DNA of 46,892 nucleotides from Thiobacillaceae bacterium (GCA_012274165.1 JAAPAA010000268.1:1-46892), one strand, 5' to 3'; shown: positions 28,422 to 37,676, numbered from the stretch's first letter. Notes: generated by a model not told the origin, from the sequence alone. Made by a program: numbers and translations.

Positions 28422-29939
28422 ATGAAAACCTCGCAATCCAAGAAGCTCATCATCACAGCCGCCATGCTGGCATTCGTCGTCACGCCGATGATCGCCAGCG
28501 CGCAAAAGTTCAAGGCGGACGTTCCCAAGTCCATCGTCACGCCTGATTCGGTCGAGACGCGGATCGGAACTCTGAAGTTCAAGGACGGCCTACCGGATGC
28601 AGAGACGGCCAAGAAAGTCTATGACCACCTTGATTTCGCTCGTGGGGTCGAGGCCTTCCTCGCCGGAATACCGGCAACTTCGGTCCAGGCCTTGAAGAAC
28701 GGCTTCATCGAGGCGGGCTTCCCGCCCAACGGAGCGATCGGCATTACCGAGCAGCTCTCCGATGCCCGCACGTTGTACCTGACGCCGAACGCCACCGTGG
28801 TCTATCAATGGTTCTGCATGGACGTCGCAAAAGAACCGATGGTGGTCGAGGTTCCACCTGCCGTCCTCGGAATCATCGACGACGCGTATTTCCGTTTCGT
28901 CACCGATATGGGCGCGTTCGGTCCCGACCAGGGCAAGGGCGGAAAGTTTCTGTTGGTGCGCGACGACTACAAAGGTCCACTACCGAAGACGGGTTACAAC
29001 ATCGTTAGGACGCGTACTAACAACAACCTGGTCATCATCCGTGCGTTCGTGCAGAAGAGCGACCTCGCAGGCACCGTCAAGAGCGTAAAGGCGGGCACCA
29101 GGATGTATCCCCTTTCCGCGGCCGCCAATCCGCCGGTGCAAAAGTTCGTGAACATCTCAGGCCTCAAGTTCAACACGGTCCACGCCAATGATTTTAAGTT
29201 CTTCGAGGAGCTGAACGAGGTCGTGCAGCACGAGCGCGCCAACTTCGTCGATCCGGAAATGGTGGGGCTGTTTGCGGCGATCGGGATCAAGAAGGGCCAG
29301 AAATTCGCACCCGATGCAAGGCTGAAGGCGATCCTGACCGACGCTGTTGCCGTCGGTAACGCCACCTCCCGGGCAATCGTTTTTGCGTCGCGGGATCCGC
29401 AGCAAAAATTCTTCACGGATCGCCAGTGGCTGACTGGTTTTCTGGGTGGCTACACCTTCTCGGACAGGGGCGAGCGCAAGCTGGATGGGCGCACGTTGTT
29501 TCACTACTATGCAACCGGCGCCACGCCGGCGATGGCTCCCCCCGCGACGAAGCCCGGTATCGGGTCGGCCTACGGATATACCGCTCGCGACTCGCGCGGC
29601 GAGTATCTCGACGGCGGCAAGAACTACAAAGTCACGCTTAAGGGGCCGATCCCGGCCGCCCGCTTCTGGTCTTTCACCGTCTATGACAACCAGACGCGGT
29701 CGATGCTCGAAACCGACCAGATCAGCGCGGGTCTCGACAGCACGTTCCCCACTTTGAAAAAGGACGCCAACGGCTCGGCGACCATTTATTTCGGTCCTAA
29801 GGCGCCGGCAGGCCAGGAGGGAAACTGGATCCAGACCATGCCCGGCAAGGGCTGGAACGTGATCCTGCGCCTGTATGGGCCGACCGAGACTTGGCACAAC
29901 AAGACCTGGAAGCCGGGAGATATCGAGCTGGTCAATTGA
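28422..29939 (+). CDS. DUF1254/DUF1214-domain exported protein (copy 2)
   Basis: Signal peptide, TPDSVETRIGTLKF, LTPNATVVY, GPDQGKGGKFL, LDGGKNY, FWSFTVYDNQTRSM, NWIQTMPGKGW. Confidence 0.88.
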   Translation: MKTSQSKKLIITAAMLAFVVTPMIASAQKFKADVPKSIVTPDSVETRIGTLKFKDGLPDAETAKKVYDHLDFARGVEAFLAGIPATSVQALKNGFIEAGFPPNGAIGITEQLSDARTLYLTPNATVVYQWFCMDVAKEPMVVEVPPAVLGIIDDAYFRFVTDMGAFGPDQGKGGKFLLVRDDYKGPLPKTGYNIVRTRTNNNLVIIRAFVQKSDLAGTVKSVKAGTRMYPLSAAANPPVQKFVNISGLKFNTVHANDFKFFEELNEVVQHERANFVDPEMVGLFAAIGIKKGQKFAPDARLKAILTDAVAVGNATSRAIVFASRDPQQKFFTDRQWLTGFLGGYTFSDRGERKLDGRTLFHYYATGATPAMAPPATKPGIGSAYGYTARDSRGEYLDGGKNYKVTLKGPIPAARFWSFTVYDNQTRSMLETDQISAGLDSTFPTLKKDANGSATIYFGPKAPAGQEGNWIQTMPGKGWNVILRLYGPTETWHNKTWKPGDIELVN

Positions 29940-29984
29940 AAGGGTGGGCAATGCAGATGATTTGTCATTGAAGGGAGCGCAATA

Positions 29985-30953
29985 ATGACCTTATCCACTC
30001 TCAAGAAGTCTGTGTGTGCCGGAATGCTGCTGGCCGCGGCATCGACAACTTCCGTGGCGGACGAAGGCGGAGTGAGCTTCTGGCTGCCGGGCCAGTTCGG
30101 CAGCTTCGCTGCGGTGCCAGGGGATCCCGGGTGGTCTCTGCCACTCGTCTATTACCACTCGTCCGTTGATGCTGATGCCAGCAAGTCGTTTCGGCGGGGC
30201 GGCCAGATCACAGCAGGACTAGACGTACGGGCGGACCTCGTTTTCGCGGTCCCGACCTACGTGTTCGACGAGCCCATGCTGGGCGGGCAGGCGAGCGTCA
30301 GCATGGCGGCCGCGCTCGGAAGCGCGAAAGTCGGCGTCAATGCTACGCTGACGGGACCAAGCGGCGGCACGCTGACAGGGAGCCAAAGCGATACGGTGGA
30401 TAGCGTCGGCGATCTGTACCCGGCGGCTTACCTGAAATGGAACCGCGGGAACCACAACTACATAGCCTATACGATGGCAGGCATCCCGGTAGGCTCCTAT
30501 TCAGTGGACCGTCTGGCCAATCTGGGCACCAATCACTGGTCGTGGGACGCGGGCGGGGGTTACACCTACCTCGATCCCAAGAAAGGCCACGAGTTTTCCG
30601 CTGTGCTGGGGTTCACGTACAACTTCGAGAACTCCGACACCGACTACCAAAATGGCGTCAGCGGCCACCTCGACTGGGCCGCCTCGCAGTTTTTCTCGGA
30701 GCAACTGCACGTGGGGCTGGTGGGCTATTTCTATCAACAGTTGACCGGCGACAGCGGCTCGGGCGCGGTTCTCGGCGACTTCAAATCGCGCGTCTACGCC
30801 GTTGGCCCCCAAGTCGGTTACTTCTTCCCGGTCGGCGGGCAGAAATGGTACGTGAACTTCAAGGGCTACTACGAGTTCGACGCCGAGAACCGGCCCGAAG
30901 GGTGGAACATCTGGATCGCGCTGGCGATTCCGCTGGGTGCGGAGAGGAAATAA
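29985..30953 (+). CDS. SphA-family / MetA-pathway-type outer-membrane beta-barrel transporter
   Basis: Signal peptide, ADEGGVSFWLPGQFGS, NLGTNHW, YFYQQLTGDSG, GPQVGY, YYEFDAENRPEG; aromatic, beta-strand-rich. Confidence 0.8.
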   Translation: MTLSTLKKSVCAGMLLAAASTTSVADEGGVSFWLPGQFGSFAAVPGDPGWSLPLVYYHSSVDADASKSFRRGGQITAGLDVRADLVFAVPTYVFDEPMLGGQASVSMAAALGSAKVGVNATLTGPSGGTLTGSQSDTVDSVGDLYPAAYLKWNRGNHNYIAYTMAGIPVGSYSVDRLANLGTNHWSWDAGGGYTYLDPKKGHEFSAVLGFTYNFENSDTDYQNGVSGHLDWAASQFFSEQLHVGLVGYFYQQLTGDSGSGAVLGDFKSRVYAVGPQVGYFFPVGGQKWYVNFKGYYEFDAENRPEGWNIWIALAIPLGAERK

Positions 30954-31171
30954 CAGTCAACTTACTTCTTTGGCGCCGCGCCGAAATAAGCTGCCGCAGC
31001 CAGGTCCAGCGGAATCAGCACCCCGCGCAGCGCGGTGCACTTGGATACCTTTAAACCCTGCGCACTTTTGGACCCGAAGGGTTTGGCAACTTCGCCGGGA
31101 GCGAAATTAAACGGCCGCAGGCCAGCCCAAGCCGCATCGCGGCGAGGGTGAGCCAGATGGACGGGACGAAC

Positions 31172-31190
31172 AATCCCCTTGGGGACGCCA
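31172..31190 (+). mobile_element. tRNA-Glu 3'-end fragment, probable attR scar of an integrative island
   Basis: AATCCCCTTGGGGACGCCA corresponds to T-loop end, T-stem, acceptor strand and G-CCA of proteobacterial tRNA-Glu; no 5' half of the tRNA precedes it. Confidence 0.7.
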
Positions 31191-31193
31191 AAC

Positions 31194-31231
31194 AAGAGGG
31201 GCCAGCTTAATGCCGGCCTTCTTTATTTTTT
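31194..31231 (+). terminator. Rho-independent terminator after the tRNA fragment
   Basis: AAGAGGGGCCAGC-TTAAT-GCCGGCCTTCTT stem-loop followed by TATTTTTT. Confidence 0.65.
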
Positions 31232-31323
31232 GAGTGTTCTTCTCCCCCTGCGTCGCTCTCGAAATCGTGCCTAAGGGTAATTACGATAAAAATATAGAGA
31301 ATGAAACGGACTGACAGCTCCAC

Positions 31324-31583
31324 GGATGGCCGCTGTCTACTGCTGAACGGACGTTCTCGAATATGTCTCGACCGTCTCTTCGGTCGAAAGGGTGAGTAGC
31401 GGTTTTCGATAAGCGGCCGGTCGGATTCGTCGGCCCAACTTCTCCGCCAGAAGTTAACGAACGGCGGCAATACCAAGTGCTGCTGCCGTTCATGCACCAT
31501 GTCATCTATGACGGCTTCGGCCGACTATCGGACGCTCGATGCGGTCAACCTGAGTGACCGCATCGAATCGAATTGAAGCCTCC
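31324..31583. repeat. Array of degenerate ~33 bp palindromes (right array), same family as 21752-21992
   Basis: Units at 31324, ~31394, 31459 (GAACGGCGGCA...TGCTGCCGTTC), 31506 and 31552. The 31324 unit matches the reverse complement of the 21961 unit at 26/33 positions. Confidence 0.55.
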
Positions 31584-31639
31584 AAACAAAGAAACATGAC
31601 GCCGTCTGCGGGGTTGAGCTTGAATCGTGCCAATCAAAT

Positions 31640-32644
31640 TCAGCAGATCCGCGGCAGCGGATCGTCTTCCAGTTCGTCCAGCACGCGGCGGCCGCCCAGC
31701 TCGGTTTCCAGGATCACGCGGCTATCACCTGTTTCGATGCGGCCGATGATGCAGGCGTCGCGGCCTTGAGGCAGGGCTTGCCAGCGGGCGAGCACGGCTT
31801 CAGCCGCAGCAGCGTCTGCCACGGCGACGATGCGGCCTTCGCATGCCAGAAAATACGGGTCGTACCCCAGCATTTCACACACCGACACCACTTCCGGACG
31901 CAGCGGCACTGCGCGCTGATCCAGCGCCACGTTGTGGCCGCTGGCTCGCGCGATCTCGTGGGCGACGGTGGCCAGCCCGCCGCGCGTGGGGTCGCGCATG
32001 AAGCGCAGGCCGGGCAGGTCGCGCACCGCCTGCGCCAGCGGCAGCACCGAAGCGGAGTCGGAGCTTAGTTCGCCGGACAGGCCGAACTGTTCGCGCGCCA
32101 GCATCACCGCGATGCCATGGTCGCCGACCGGGCCGGATACCAGCACCACGTCGCCGGGCGCGATGGATTGGATATCGAGCGGCGCCAACGCGCGTTTGAC
32201 GCCGATGCCGGCGACCGACAGATAGAGGCCACCGCCTTCGCCGCGGCGCACCACCTTGGTGTCGCCGGCCACCACGGCGACGCCGCATTCGCGCGCAGCT
32301 GCGGCGAAGCTGGCGATAAGCCGGTCCAGCACCTCGACTTCGAGCCCTTCCTCGATCAGCGCCGACAGCGTGAGGTAGCGCGGATCGGCGCCGGCTACGG
32401 CGAGGTCGTTGACCACGCCGTGCACCGCCAGTGAGCCGAGGTTGCCGCCGGGAAATTCCAGCGGCTGCACGGTGAAGCCGTCGGTGGTGACCATGAGCTC
32501 GCCGTCGAGCGGCGGCAGCGTCACTGCGTCGGCATCGGTATCGAGCAGCGGGTTGGCGAGGTGCTTGGCAAAAACGTCGGCGATGAGTTCGCGCATCAGG
32601 CGGCCGCCGTTGCCGTGCGCGAGGAGGATGCGGGTGTCTTCCAT
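31640..32644 (-). CDS. hypE: Hydrogenase maturation carbamoyl dehydratase HypE
   Basis: LAHGNGG, TTDGFTV, VNDLAV, GDTKVV, MRDPTRGG, C-terminal LPRIC. Confidence 0.97.
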   Translation of the reverse strand: MEDTRILLAHGNGGRLMRELIADVFAKHLANPLLDTDADAVTLPPLDGELMVTTDGFTVQPLEFPGGNLGSLAVHGVVNDLAVAGADPRYLTLSALIEEGLEVEVLDRLIASFAAAARECGVAVVAGDTKVVRRGEGGGLYLSVAGIGVKRALAPLDIQSIAPGDVVLVSGPVGDHGIAVMLAREQFGLSGELSSDSASVLPLAQAVRDLPGLRFMRDPTRGGLATVAHEIARASGHNVALDQRAVPLRPEVVSVCEMLGYDPYFLACEGRIVAVADAAAAEAVLARWQALPQGRDACIIGRIETGDSRVILETELGGRRVLDELEDDPLPRIC

Positions 32645-32650
32645 GGATGC

Positions 32651-34876
32651 TTATGCGTGGAGAAATTCGATGATCTGGCCGAAGCTTAACCCGGCGTCGT
32701 TGACGGGAACACGTTGTGGCAGGTGGACCTTGAAGCCGGCAGCCTGTAATCGACCGAGCGCGGCTTCGGCCAGCACGCGGTTCTGGAACACGCCGCCGGT
32801 GAGGCCGACCGACTGGCTGCCGGTTTGCGCACGCAGTTGTGTGGCCTGTTCGACCAGTGCCTGCGCCAGGCTCAGATGAAAGCTGGATGCGCGTTCGGCG
32901 GCTGACAGGGCGCTGTCGCCGAGCATCGGCAGCAGCGGCGCCCAGTCGGTGTGCCACAGGCCGAGCGGGTCGCGTTCAAGTGGTAGCGCAATGACTTCCC
33001 CTTCAGTGTTCGCGGCCATGGCTTCCAGCCGCATCGGGCCTTCGCCCTCGAAACTGGCGTGGGTGCAGATGCCGATCAGCGCCGCAGCCGCATCGAACAG
33101 GCGACCGACCGACGAACTTGAAGGGCTGTTCAACCGGGCCGACCATGCCTGGTGCAGGGGCTCGGGTGCAAACGGCGCAGCCTGTCCCGTTTCCCACAGC
33201 AGCGCTGCCGCAGCGCGCCACGGCTCGCGCCCGGCCTTGTCGCCGCCGGGTAGCCGGAACGGCCGCATCGAGGCAGCGTGCTTCCAGCCGCCGGGTGCCC
33301 CCGTGAAGGCCTCGCCACCCCACAGCGTGCCGTCCTCGCCGAGGCCGACGCCGTCCCAGGCGAACACGATCCATTCGTCTACCAGCGGAAACTCCCAGGC
33401 CATCGCCGAGGCGTGGGCGCGGTGATGCCAGACCTCGGCCAGCGGCAAGCCGCTGTCGCGCGCAAAGCGGCGGTAGCCATAACCGGGGTGGCGGTCGACG
33501 ATGAGTTTGCTTGCCTGCACCTGGTACAGGCGCTGCAGGTCGGCTGCCACCTGCGCCAGCGTGTCGAGGCTGCGCAGCGTGTCGAGCTCGCCGATGTGCG
33601 GCGAGACGATGGCGCGATTGCCCCAGGCGAGGCACAGCGTGTTCTTCATGTGGCTGCCGAGCGCCAGCACGGGTTCGGGCAGCGACATCGGGAGTTCAAG
33701 TTCCAGCGGCGCGAGGCCGCGCCCCAGGCGCAGCGGTCGCGGCTGACTGGCGATCACGCGATAGACCGGGTCATCGGCCGGGCGCACGATCGGGCGGTTG
33801 TGGTGCAGAAAAGCATCGGCGAGATGGGCGAGCCGGGTTTGCGCTTCCGCGTTGTCGGTCAGCACCGGCTCGCCGGAGAGGTTGCCGGAAGTGGCGACCA
33901 GCGGCCCGCCGAAGTCGTTCAGCAGCAGGGCGTGCAGCGGCGAGTAGGGCAGCAGGCAGCCGATTTCGGCGAGGCCGGGGGCGATGAGTTCGGACAGGCG
34001 GGAATCGGCGCGCTTGGGCAGCAACACGATGGGGCGCTCGGGCGAAGCGATGAAAGCTTCCAGTTCCGGCATGGTGTGCACCACTACGCGCAAGGCATCG
34101 AGGTCGCGCAGCATCACCGCCAGCGGCTTGGCAGGGCGCGGCTTGCGCGTGCGCAGGGTGGCGATCGCTGCGTCGTTCGTGGCATCGCACATCAGGTGAT
34201 AGCCGCCGATGCCTTTGACCGCGATGACTTTTCCGGCGCGTAGTGCAGTGACGGCTGCGGCCAGCGCGGCCTCGTCGCCATCAAGCTTTTCATCTCCCGA
34301 AACAAACTGCAGATGTGGCCCGCACACCGGACACGCGATCGGCTCGGCGTGAAAACGGCGGTCGAGCGGGTTGTCGTATTCGCGCTGGCAGTCTGCGCAC
34401 AGGGCGAAGTCGCGCATCGTCGTATTCGGGCGGTCGTAGGGCAGGGCGGTAATCAGCGTGTAGCGCGGGCCGCACTGGGTGCAGTTGATGAAGGAGTAGC
34501 GGTGGCGGCGATTGGCCGGGTCGTGTAGTTCGGCCAGGCAGTCGGCGCAGACGAAGCCGTCGGGCGGCAGATGAATATCGGCCTGATTCGATGCTGCGCT
34601 GTTGCGGATGGCAAATGCTGCGGCGTGTTCGGGTTCGCAGGTGGCTATGGCAAGCAGGCCGGGCGCCGACAGCGGCGGCGCTTCGTTCAGCAGCGCGTCG
34701 CTGAAAAGCTGGAGATGTGCGGGTCTGCCTTCGGCATGGATTTCCACCGTGCCATCAAGGTTGCGCACCCAGCCGGTGATTTGGTGTTGCTGCGCCAGGC
34801 GATAGACGAAGGGCCGGAACCCCACGCCCTGCACCCGGCCGCTGATTGTGATGTGTTGCGCGATGCGTTCAGGCAT
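32651..34876 (-). CDS. hypF: Carbamoyltransferase HypF
   Basis: GRVQGVGFRPF acylphosphatase domain, two CxxC...CxxC zinc fingers, KGIGGYHL, HHRAH, PVNDAGLSFGQ. Start at ATG 34876, overlapping the hypD stop. Confidence 0.96.
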   Translation of the reverse strand: MPERIAQHITISGRVQGVGFRPFVYRLAQQHQITGWVRNLDGTVEIHAEGRPAHLQLFSDALLNEAPPLSAPGLLAIATCEPEHAAAFAIRNSAASNQADIHLPPDGFVCADCLAELHDPANRRHRYSFINCTQCGPRYTLITALPYDRPNTTMRDFALCADCQREYDNPLDRRFHAEPIACPVCGPHLQFVSGDEKLDGDEAALAAAVTALRAGKVIAVKGIGGYHLMCDATNDAAIATLRTRKPRPAKPLAVMLRDLDALRVVVHTMPELEAFIASPERPIVLLPKRADSRLSELIAPGLAEIGCLLPYSPLHALLLNDFGGPLVATSGNLSGEPVLTDNAEAQTRLAHLADAFLHHNRPIVRPADDPVYRVIASQPRPLRLGRGLAPLELELPMSLPEPVLALGSHMKNTLCLAWGNRAIVSPHIGELDTLRSLDTLAQVAADLQRLYQVQASKLIVDRHPGYGYRRFARDSGLPLAEVWHHRAHASAMAWEFPLVDEWIVFAWDGVGLGEDGTLWGGEAFTGAPGGWKHAASMRPFRLPGGDKAGREPWRAAAALLWETGQAAPFAPEPLHQAWSARLNSPSSSSVGRLFDAAAALIGICTHASFEGEGPMRLEAMAANTEGEVIALPLERDPLGLWHTDWAPLLPMLGDSALSAAERASSFHLSLAQALVEQATQLRAQTGSQSVGLTGGVFQNRVLAEAALGRLQAAGFKVHLPQRVPVNDAGLSFGQIIEFLHA

Positions 34877-35981
34877 CGGCAGCGACACGCACGCCGCCCG
34901 CCCACCAGATGCGGCAGGCGCCTTCGTCCGACACCATGCAGGGGCCGACCGGGTTGCGCGGGGTGCAGGCTTTGCCGTAGATGCGGCACTGGTTGGGGTA
35001 AATCTTGCCCAGCACCACCTGCGCACAGTCGCAGCCGGGCGGCATTTCGCCGACGCGGCGGCGGCTCGGATCGGCGTGATCCCGGAACAGCAGGCGCGCG
35101 TCGTGTTTGGCAAACTCGGGCTTCAGCGCGTAGCCCGAGTTTGGAATGATGCCGATGCCGCGCCAGTTGGCGTCGACGACATCGAGGGTTTGCCCGATCA
35201 TGCGCCGCGCCGTGGCGTTGCCACGGGGGTGCGCGACTTCGCGATAGCAGTTGTCGAGAAAGCATTCGCCGGTTTTGAGCTGGCGCAGCACAGAATAGAA
35301 CGACGCCAGCAGCGACTCGGTGCCGAAGCCAGCCACTGCGGCGGGAATCTCGTGGCGGTCGACGACGAAGGCCCACTCCTCCGGCCCCATGATGGTGGAG
35401 ACATGGCCGGGCGCAACCAGCGCGTCGAAGCCGGGTTTGCCCGGGCTCGATTCAAAAGTGCCGAGCAGCATCGCCACCGCCGGCCAGGTCAGGCGGCCGG
35501 ACAGCAGGATCGAAAGATTGTCCGGAATACCCTCGGCCAGCATCGCCGCGGTCGGCGCGGTGGTGGTCTCGAAACCGGCGGCGAAGAACACCACCGGGCG
35601 CTCGGCATTTTCCAGCGCAATCCTGCGCGCATCGAGCGGGCTGGCAATCGGCCGCACGTCGGCGCCGGCGGCCTGTGCCTCGGCCAGCGAACGCACCTCA
35701 CCCTTCTTCACGTTGACCGGCACGCGCAGCATGTCGCCGAAGGCAACCAGGATGACCTTGTTCTGCAGCGCCAGCTGCATCGCCTGGTAGACGTCTTCTT
35801 CCGGGCAGATGCACACCGGGCAGCCGGGACCAGGCACCAGCTCGACCCACTTCGGCAGCGCGCCGCGCAGGCCGGCGTGCGTGATCGAGCGCTCGTGCCC
35901 GCCGCACACGTTCATGATCTTGATCGTGCGATCGAAGTCGAGGGCGTGGATTTTCTCCAGCCATGCGTGGGCTTCACCCAT
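34869..35981 (-). CDS. hypD: Hydrogenase maturation protein HypD
   Basis: VCGGHE, GPGCPVC, GFETT, PGHVS, GPCMVSDEGAC. Confidence 0.97.
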   Translation of the reverse strand: MGEAHAWLEKIHALDFDRTIKIMNVCGGHERSITHAGLRGALPKWVELVPGPGCPVCICPEEDVYQAMQLALQNKVILVAFGDMLRVPVNVKKGEVRSLAEAQAAGADVRPIASPLDARRIALENAERPVVFFAAGFETTTAPTAAMLAEGIPDNLSILLSGRLTWPAVAMLLGTFESSPGKPGFDALVAPGHVSTIMGPEEWAFVVDRHEIPAAVAGFGTESLLASFYSVLRQLKTGECFLDNCYREVAHPRGNATARRMIGQTLDVVDANWRGIGIIPNSGYALKPEFAKHDARLLFRDHADPSRRRVGEMPPGCDCAQVVLGKIYPNQCRIYGKACTPRNPVGPCMVSDEGACRIWWAGGVRVAADA

Positions 35982-35993
35982 GTTTGGACTCCC

Positions 35994-36800
35994 TTATGCG
36001 GTTACGCTGTGATATTTCATGCCGTCGGACTGGATCGCCGGGCGGCGCGACTGGCCGATGGCGACGCGCGCGCGCTGCGCGGCAAGCTGCTCGCGAAGCC
36101 AGGTGTACCAGGCATCCATGCCCAACTCCTTGCGTGCCGACAGCCGCATCACCGGCGCCGGGTTGGCGAGATTGCGCAGGTGCGCTTCGGCCTTGTCCGG
36201 ATCGAAGTCGTCGAGCACCGCCAGCAGGTCGGTCTTCGTTAGCAGCATGGCGTCGGCGGCGCGGAACATCACCGGATATTTGGCCGGCTTGTCGTCGCCT
36301 TCGGTAACCGAGAGCAGGGTGACATTGAGATGCTGGCCGAGGTCGAAACTGGCTGGGCAGACCAGGTTGCCGACGTTCTCGATGAACAGGATATCGACGC
36401 CGTCGAGCGTTATGTGATGCAGCGCGTCGTGAACCAGGTGGGCATCGAGGTGGCAGGCGGTGCCGGTGACGATCTGGTGTGCCTGCACGCCCTTGGCGCG
36501 GATGCGCTCGGCGTCGTTCTCGGTTTCGAGATCGCCCTCGATCACGGCGCAGGTGAATTCGTTTTTCAGCGCGACGAGCGTGGCTTCCAGCAGCGCGGTC
36601 TTGCCGGAGCCGGGCGACGACATCAGGTTGATCGCGAGGATGCCGCGTTTGTCGAAATGCTCGCGGTTGTGCGCGGCCTGATCGTCGTTCTTCGCCAGCA
36701 GGCCTTTCAGCACGGACACCGCGGTCGCGCCCTTGGCGACGGGCTTGAACGCGAGGTGCTTGTTGCCGGGGGTTAGGTTGCAGCCGCAGGTGTCACACAT
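35994..36800 (-). CDS. hypB: Hydrogenase nickel-insertion GTPase HypB
   Basis: N-terminal MCDTCGC, SSPGSGKT, CHLDA, ENVGNLVCPA, EGDDKPAKYP, TKTD. Confidence 0.97.
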   Translation of the reverse strand: MCDTCGCNLTPGNKHLAFKPVAKGATAVSVLKGLLAKNDDQAAHNREHFDKRGILAINLMSSPGSGKTALLEATLVALKNEFTCAVIEGDLETENDAERIRAKGVQAHQIVTGTACHLDAHLVHDALHHITLDGVDILFIENVGNLVCPASFDLGQHLNVTLLSVTEGDDKPAKYPVMFRAADAMLLTKTDLLAVLDDFDPDKAEAHLRNLANPAPVMRLSARKELGMDAWYTWLREQLAAQRARVAIGQSRRPAIQSDGMKYHSVTA

Positions 36801-37297
36801 TAGCTTCGGTCCTCAATAACGTATGGTCTGGCCGCATCATTGCTCTCTCTTTCTTCCTTGCTTTGACGTCTGCGAAGTTCACGGGTTGTGTATCCCCCGA
36901 CCAACTTTCCATTGGCTATATACATCCAGTCCGAAACGTCATCACGAGAGACTGTGACCACCTGCTTGAACTTTAGCCCCGGTAGGGTTGGTTCATTTGT
37001 CAGAACACCATGGAATGCATTGCCGTCGTAGTAAATGTCGGCTATCCAAATGTGCTCCGTTTCACCGAGAACTGTGAACTTGCCCTTTATCAGGAACGAC
37101 TCTTGCCACGATTTTGGAGACTTTAGCGTTGCGATGAATTTGTCTAATGTTGCTCTAGCTTTGGCTATAGCAATATTCATTTCAGGGTCGCCGGAAACAA
37201 CCTGAACAATCTGATCATTTGTTTCTTGTGTGGGCTGTCCGAATGATGGGGGTGCCGTCAGCATTAGAAGGAGAAATGTGATTTGAAAGAAGTGCAT
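36800..37297 (-). CDS. DUF2314/YegJ-family exported protein
   Basis: Signal peptide, DPEMNIAIAKARATL, EHIW, GVLTNEP, DVSDWMY...GGYT. Visibly AT-richer than its neighbours; TAATG overlap with hypB. Confidence 0.8.
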   Translation of the reverse strand: MHFFQITFLLLMLTAPPSFGQPTQETNDQIVQVVSGDPEMNIAIAKARATLDKFIATLKSPKSWQESFLIKGKFTVLGETEHIWIADIYYDGNAFHGVLTNEPTLPGLKFKQVVTVSRDDVSDWMYIANGKLVGGYTTRELRRRQSKEERESNDAARPYVIEDRS

Positions 37298-37307
37298 TTG
37301 AAGTCAA

Positions 37308-37676
37308 TTAAGAATTTGATGCCAAGGACGGCGCGGTTTCGAGCTCGACACTTTCCAGCAGCAGTTCATCGCCGGAAATAACCTGGGTGTGCCAGTCGCC
37401 GCAGGCGCCGCAGATCAGGCGGTTCATCGCGGCTTCGGTTTCCAAGCCGCAGGTATGGCAGCGCACCTGGATCGGCGCGTGAGTGAATTCGAGTTCGGCG
37501 TGTTGCATGCGGCTGCCGGCGGCAGCCAGCGGAAAGGCCGTGGCCAGAAGTTCGGGCACCACGCCGGCGAGCGGGCCGATGCGCACGCGGATAGTCGTGG
37601 CGCTACTCGCCTGATGCTGATCGATCACGGCATCCACCTGTTCGACCAGCGCCTGGGCGACTGCCAGTTCATGCAC
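37308..37676 (-). CDS. hypA: Hydrogenase nickel chaperone HypA
   Basis: GTG start MHE motif, CHTC...CGAC zinc site, GDELLLESVE. Confidence 0.96.
   Translation of the reverse strand: MHELAVAQALVEQVDAVIDQHQASSATTIRVRIGPLAGVVPELLATAFPLAAAGSRMQHAELEFTHAPIQVRCHTCGLETEAAMNRLICGACGDWHTQVISGDELLLESVELETAPSLASNS

Noticed and set aside
31100-31190. Intact tRNA-Glu gene or riboswitch
   Set aside because: Only the last 19 nt match. No GTCCCC 5' strand, D-arm or anticodon arm lies upstream, and I recognise no riboswitch consensus.
34876-35113. N-terminal extensions in the ORF track (hypF to 35113, GGDEF-EAL to 7644, BCAM0308 to 13780, subunit C from 44644 and others)
   Set aside because: They overlap upstream genes; downstream ATGs with an RBS or stop-start coupling fit the family N-termini better.
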